Part shown: in pieces, positions 59,855-64,000 of the stretch
How positions within the stretch are numbered: position 1 is the first letter of the stretch
How the letters are laid out: each line of letters opens with the position of its first letter
Assembly (NCBI GenBank): GCA_963729625.1
Contig: CAVSOU010000011.1
Span: 864,001-928,000 of the forward strand
Length of the DNA: 64,000 bases
Direction: 5' to 3'
DNA from: an uncultured bacterium
Lineage (GTDB): Bacteria; Chloroflexota; UBA5177; JANWHV01
Made by a program: the position numbers and the translations under genes
Notes under the pieces: generated by a model
Database searches by the model: none
What the model saw: only the letters and a program-made list of their open reading frames with translations
What the model was told of the DNA's origin: nothing

Positions 59855-61186
59855 ATGCGCCTGCCACGTTGGCTCGTTCTCGGAATGTGCATCAAGCGCT
59901 GGATCGTGATGCTAACCCTCGGAATCGCGCTAATCAGTCTCAGCGCTGGTTACTTCTTGCGCGCCCTGTACAGTGTCGATGTCAGGTTCCCCAGGTGGGT
60001 TTACTACCTTACCCTCCAGTTCCTCAGCCGAGAGGCCCGCGGCGTGCTGTTCCTTGCCCTGGGGGCCGCGCTCACCGTCATTGGCCTCCTGAGCCTCAGC
60101 CGCACCCTGATCATGGCGCTCCTTCCGCGTCACGGCGCGAATGTCATAGACATCCTCCACTACCGCCTGATGCTCAAGCGCGGTCCGAGAGTGGTTGTAA
60201 TCGGAGGCGGCACCGGCCTGTCCGTGGTACTCACGGGACTCAAGGAGTACACGGGAAATCTGTCGGCCATCGTGACGGTTGCCGATGATGGGGGCAGTTC
60301 GGGCCGCCTTCGGCGAGATATGGGCATCTTGCCGCCCGGCGACTTTCGGCAGTGCCTCGCCGCGTTGGCCGACGTCGAACCCCTGATGACCAAGCTACTG
60401 CACTATCGTTTCCATGAAGGATCGGGCTTGGAGGGACACAGCCTGGGAAACCTCATCGTCGCCGCGATGACCGATATCAGCGGCAGCTTTGAGCAAGGGC
60501 TACGAGAAATGGGGCGCGTCCTCGCGATAAGAGGGCAGATCCTGCCTTCCACGCTTGAAGACATCGTGCTGGTCGCCGAACTGGGCGACAATTCATACGT
60601 CATCGGCGAGTCGAATATGCATGAGGATCACGCATCGACATCCGGCCTGCCCGTAGATCGCGCGCCAATCGCTCGGGTATTCATCAAACCTGCTCATGCT
60701 GCCGCCTATCCAGGGGCAGTACGGGCAATTCTGGATGCCGACATTGTGGTTCTGGGGCCTGGCAGCCTCTATACAAGCATTCTGCCAAACCTGCTGGTGG
60801 AAGATATTCGCCGCGCGCTATCCGCTACCACCGCGTGTAAGGTCTTTGCATGTAATGTCGCCACGGAGCCGGGAGAGACAGATAGCTACGCGATCGAAGA
60901 TTTCGCGGCGGCAATGACGCGGCATACTGGTGAGCAGATGTTCGATGCCATGATCGTCAACACGCGCGTGGACGCCAAGCGCCCACCTGACTGGCACGGT
61001 GAGATCGTGCAAAGCAGGACGGCCTGCCGAATAGGAACCCGTATTATCGCCGCCGATGTGGTGGATCAGAATAATGCAGCGCGCCACGATCCGGCGAAAC
61101 TGGCGCGCGCGATCATGCGCACGTGGGCAGAATCCACGCGCGTGAACGCTATCCTGCCCGGCAGGAATTCGGCACGCTCGCGATAG
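59855..61186 (+). CDS. yvcK: YvcK/GlmR (UPF0052) UDP-GlcNAc-binding protein with N-terminal TM helices
   Basis: VVIGGGTGLS, VTVADDGGSSGRLR, PPGDFRQC, GHSLGNL, GPGSLYTSILPNL, NVATEPGET, RHDPAKLA. Confidence 0.93.
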   Translation: MRLPRWLVLGMCIKRWIVMLTLGIALISLSAGYFLRALYSVDVRFPRWVYYLTLQFLSREARGVLFLALGAALTVIGLLSLSRTLIMALLPRHGANVIDILHYRLMLKRGPRVVVIGGGTGLSVVLTGLKEYTGNLSAIVTVADDGGSSGRLRRDMGILPPGDFRQCLAALADVEPLMTKLLHYRFHEGSGLEGHSLGNLIVAAMTDISGSFEQGLREMGRVLAIRGQILPSTLEDIVLVAELGDNSYVIGESNMHEDHASTSGLPVDRAPIARVFIKPAHAAAYPGAVRAILDADIVVLGPGSLYTSILPNLLVEDIRRALSATTACKVFACNVATEPGETDSYAIEDFAAAMTRHTGEQMFDAMIVNTRVDAKRPPDWHGEIVQSRTACRIGTRIIAADVVDQNNAARHDPAKLARAIMRTWAESTRVNAILPGRNSARSR

Positions 61187-61359
61187 GGCAAAGGCTACAC
61201 CTGCCACTGCACCACCTCCGCGGACCAGCTCACATACACGATTTGAACGGTCCGTGGACACCCTGCTGGAGCTAGAGGGACAACGATTGCGGCACGCCGC
61301 CGGTTTGCCCGCCCGGGCTGAGGCTGCCTGGAAGCTGCCCAGAGGCGGAAAATTCGTTG

Positions 61360-61388
61360 TTGACTATTCCGTATTGAGTGGATAGTCT
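61360..61388 (+). promoter_or_regulatory. sigma70-type promoter upstream of the GH114 gene
   Basis: TTGACT-17 bp-TAGTCT in a locally AT-rich patch. Confidence 0.55.
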
Positions 61389-61606
61389 GAACTAATGCGT
61401 GCTTTGCGTCGTATCGGCAGCCTAAGCCGGCGATCGGGGAAGGGAAGAGGATTGCAGGAATCGCCGGCGCCCGCCTCAAATGAGGAGCCATGTGATGCGC
61501 CCGGAGGAGGCAAGCTGTCGGCGTGCAAGCCGCAAGTAAATGCCGGCGGTCCGAATCGCGTTGAGCAGCGGATCGCTCGTGCCCAGGATAAACCTCGGAG
61601 GATCCA

Positions 61607-63151
61607 GTGACAATTCGTAGACTTGGCGTGCCACTTCTCACCCTCTGTCTTGCGTTGCCACTTTCGAGCATCGCGCGGCCAGAGGGCTCGGGCCAGGTCG
61701 TTTCGGCTCAGACCTCGTCGTCTGTGACCCTGTCCCCTGTCTCCATTACCAACACGGAAGGCACGACGGGCGGTCAGCCGGTCTCGGCGCTTGGCGTAGA
61801 AGATCAGTCTGGTACTGCGAACGACTGGAACAAGTACGTCGAATTCGACGGGCTTTACACCGGTTATCGAACCTATGACTTGAGCACCAGTGTTGCGCCA
61901 TCCAGCGTCAGCGTCATTGCCGTAAGCGTGAACTATCAAGGACCGGCCAAGGTAAACCAGGACTGGACATGGAGCATCTACGACTGGCTTCAATCGAAGT
62001 GGGTGGCGGTCGGAGACAATGGCGCGGCGCCCGATTGGGGTGCGTGGACATTGCTCAGGTTCAGTGCGACAGGAGCCCTGGCCAATTACGTCAACCCAAC
62101 GAGCGGCCAAATACGTGTCCAGGTGTCCTCGAACAACGCATCCGACAATATGGACCTGGACTACGAGTCCGTATCCGTGACTTACGGCAGCCAACCACAG
62201 CCAACCTCGACGAGCACCTCGATAGCGGCCACCGCGACACGCACGCCCACGCGCGGAACATCCACCAACACGCCGGTGCCGCCAACCGCGACACGCACGC
62301 CCACGCGCGGAACATCCACCAACACGCCGGTGCTGCCAACCGCGACACGCACGCCCACGCGCGCGACATCCACGAACACGCCGGTGCCGCCAACCGCGAC
62401 ACAGGCCCCGGCTCCAGGCAGCAGCCTATGGCGACCGACTCCCGGCACGACGTGGTTCTGGGAGATCGGTGCAACGCCCAACCTGAGCAGCCTCCACGCG
62501 GTCCAAGCGTATGACATCGACGGATTCGACAACCCGGCCTCGACCGTCGCCACACTCCACAGTCACGGCATCAGAGCGATTTGCTACATGGATGGCGGGA
62601 CCTACGAGAACTGGCGGCCCGACGCTGGGAGCTTCCCGTCCGGCCTGCTTGGAAGCTCGAATGGATGGCCAGGTGAGAACTGGCTGGATGTGCGCCCAAG
62701 CGGCGCCTACTACGGGACCCTGAAGTCGATCATGCAAAGCCGGGCGCAGGACTGCAAGAGCCACGGTTTCGATGCGATCGAGTGGGACAACGTGGACGGG
62801 TATACGAATTCGACAGGATTTCCCATCACCGCGGCCGACCAGATAGCCTACAACACATTCCTCGCGGGCGCGGCGCACGCGGTCGGGCTGTCCGTGGCAC
62901 TGAAGAACGATACCGATCAGGTTTCGACTCTTCAACCAAGGTTCGATTTCGGCATCGACGAGGAGTGCTTCCTGTACTCGGAGTGCAGTTCCGAGACGCC
63001 GTTCATTAACGCCAACAAGGCGGTCCTTGAGGTCGAGTACCAGGAAGACGGCATGACCACGTCCAAGTTCTGTCCGCAGGCCAATGCCATGCGCTTCAGC
63101 TCGGCGCTGGCAACCCTGAACCTGGATGGTCCCTGGACACCCTGCTGGTAG
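61607..63151 (+). CDS. secreted GH114-family endo-alpha-1,4-polygalactosaminidase with N-terminal beta-sandwich and Pro/Thr linker
   Basis: Signal peptide; YDIDGFD, ICYMDGGTYENWRPDA, WPGENWLDVR, GFDAIEWDNVDGY, ALKND, EECF.YSEC, VEY. Confidence 0.92.
   Translation: MTIRRLGVPLLTLCLALPLSSIARPEGSGQVVSAQTSSSVTLSPVSITNTEGTTGGQPVSALGVEDQSGTANDWNKYVEFDGLYTGYRTYDLSTSVAPSSVSVIAVSVNYQGPAKVNQDWTWSIYDWLQSKWVAVGDNGAAPDWGAWTLLRFSATGALANYVNPTSGQIRVQVSSNNASDNMDLDYESVSVTYGSQPQPTSTSTSIAATATRTPTRGTSTNTPVPPTATRTPTRGTSTNTPVLPTATRTPTRATSTNTPVPPTATQAPAPGSSLWRPTPGTTWFWEIGATPNLSSLHAVQAYDIDGFDNPASTVATLHSHGIRAICYMDGGTYENWRPDAGSFPSGLLGSSNGWPGENWLDVRPSGAYYGTLKSIMQSRAQDCKSHGFDAIEWDNVDGYTNSTGFPITAADQIAYNTFLAGAAHAVGLSVALKNDTDQVSTLQPRFDFGIDEECFLYSECSSETPFINANKAVLEVEYQEDGMTTSKFCPQANAMRFSSALATLNLDGPWTPCW
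62231..62401 (+). repeat. 3 x 54-bp coding tandem repeat (TATRTPTRGTSTNTPVPP linker)
   Basis: Unit ACCGCGACACGCACGCCCACGCGCG...CCGGTGC(C/T)GCCA repeated three times. Confidence 0.9.
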
Positions 63152-63222
63152 GAGCGCGGCTCTGAGCCAGTCGAGCGGCCTCATCAGAGGCCGAAGCGCC
63201 AGGGCCGTCGCACAGCAGAGAT

Positions 63223-63252
63223 CGGGAGCAATGCCACGCGGTATTGCTCCCG
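63223..63252. terminator. hairpin downstream of the GH114 gene
   Basis: CGGGAGCAATGCC-ACGC-GGTATTGCTCCCG. Confidence 0.5.
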
Positions 63253-63363
63253 CTGTATTCGGGGCGCAAGCACGATGCGTGTGAGCTCGGACGAAAACCG
63301 CGCTTAACCCCTTGTGCGCCGCGCCGATAAGCCTGTAACTACGACTGTCGGAGGCATCCGGGT

Positions 63364-63410
63364 GCGGCGAGGCGCCCTGCCACGGGTCTCGTGGCAGGGC
63401 GCCTCGCCGC
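63364..63410. terminator. perfect 21-bp inverted repeat between convergent GH114 genes
   Basis: GCGGCGAGGCGCCCTGCCACG-GGTCT-CGTGGCAGGGCGCCTCGCCGC; no long U tract. Confidence 0.65.
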
Positions 63411-63443
63411 GTATGTAGCGTTGCGCTGCTCTGGGCTTGCCGG

Positions 63444-64000
63444 CTACCGGCAAGCCACGCGGTATGAGTTCAGACTATTCTTCTTCTTCATCGCGTAGAA
63501 GCCCATACTGTTTGCCTGCGCACAGAACTTGCTGGTACTGAGCGAGTATTCGACGTCGTATACCGGCTTACCCGCCGCGATGAACAATTGGTAGTTCGTG
63601 CACTCCTTGTACTGGAAGCACTGCTCAGCGAGCTCCCAATCGAAGATCGACACCAGATCAGGCGCCTGCTCGAAGTCGTTCTTGAGCGCGATGGACATGC
63701 CCCGCGAATGTGCCTGTCCGGCCAGCCAGGTGTTGAACGTCAGCTGGTCCTGATAGGTCAGGGTGAACCCGGTCGTATTCACGAAGCCATTCACGTTGTC
63801 GGCCTCGACCGCGTCGAAGCCTTTCTGCTTGCACAGGTCGAACCTGGCACTGAGTATCGGTTCCAACACCGATAGCTGCCGAATGTCCAGCCACTTCTCG
63901 TCGGTGTAGGGCGGCTCGAAACTTGCGCCCTTCAGACTATCCGGGTAGCTGGAAGCGTCGGGCCGCCAGTTCTCCCACGTCCCTGCGTCGAGGTAACATG
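63444..64000 (-). CDS. second GH114-family polygalactosaminidase (5' end outside the window)
   Basis: CYLDAGTWENWRPDA...EKWLDIR...KGFDAVEADNVNGF...IALKND...EQCFQYKEC...VEY; frame open to the window edge. Confidence 0.92.
   Translation of the reverse strand, partial: CYLDAGTWENWRPDASSYPDSLKGASFEPPYTDEKWLDIRQLSVLEPILSARFDLCKQKGFDAVEADNVNGFVNTTGFTLTYQDQLTFNTWLAGQAHSRGMSIALKNDFEQAPDLVSIFDWELAEQCFQYKECTNYQLFIAAGKPVYDVEYSLSTSKFCAQANSMGFYAMKKKNSLNSYRVACR

Overview
High-GC (roughly 65% by eye) bacterial DNA. The gene content (Pro/Thr-linker secreted proteins, a PPOX/F420 enzyme, no pelB/pelC) suggests a monoderm soil organism, probably Chloroflexota-like; this is inference only. The left half holds scattered metabolic genes (fabF, Gfo/Idh/MocA, pruA, SDR, nitroreductase, ackA, panB/panC). 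It also holds a translationally coupled DUF488-DUF488-[dual-OB/TPR/RecQ helicase] operon and a decayed patch: a DedA pseudogene, head-to-head truncated MFS and RHS genes, an internally deleted SGNH gene and an ISAzo13 remnant. Secreted proteins, stand-alone ftsZ and dnaA copies outside their usual clusters, and a hicAB pair are present too. The right ~23 kb look like a cyclic-dinucleotide-controlled exopolysaccharide region. It has an HTH-PAS-GGDEF-EAL protein and two c-di-GMP-I (GEMM-I) riboswitch aptamers, one with the A20 variant and one cut by an IS110 fragment. It also has a recently duplicated clan GH-A-like hydrolase, a GNAT, a UDP-hexose 4-epimerase, pelD-pelE-pelF-pelG-yvcK and two GH114 genes. 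A diverged ~140-bp non-coding element is repeated upstream of the epimerase and of pelD. Several single-base frameshifts could be sequencing indels rather than true pseudogenes. No rRNA, tRNA or CRISPR array was seen. All family assignments are by eye from motifs; no database search was run.
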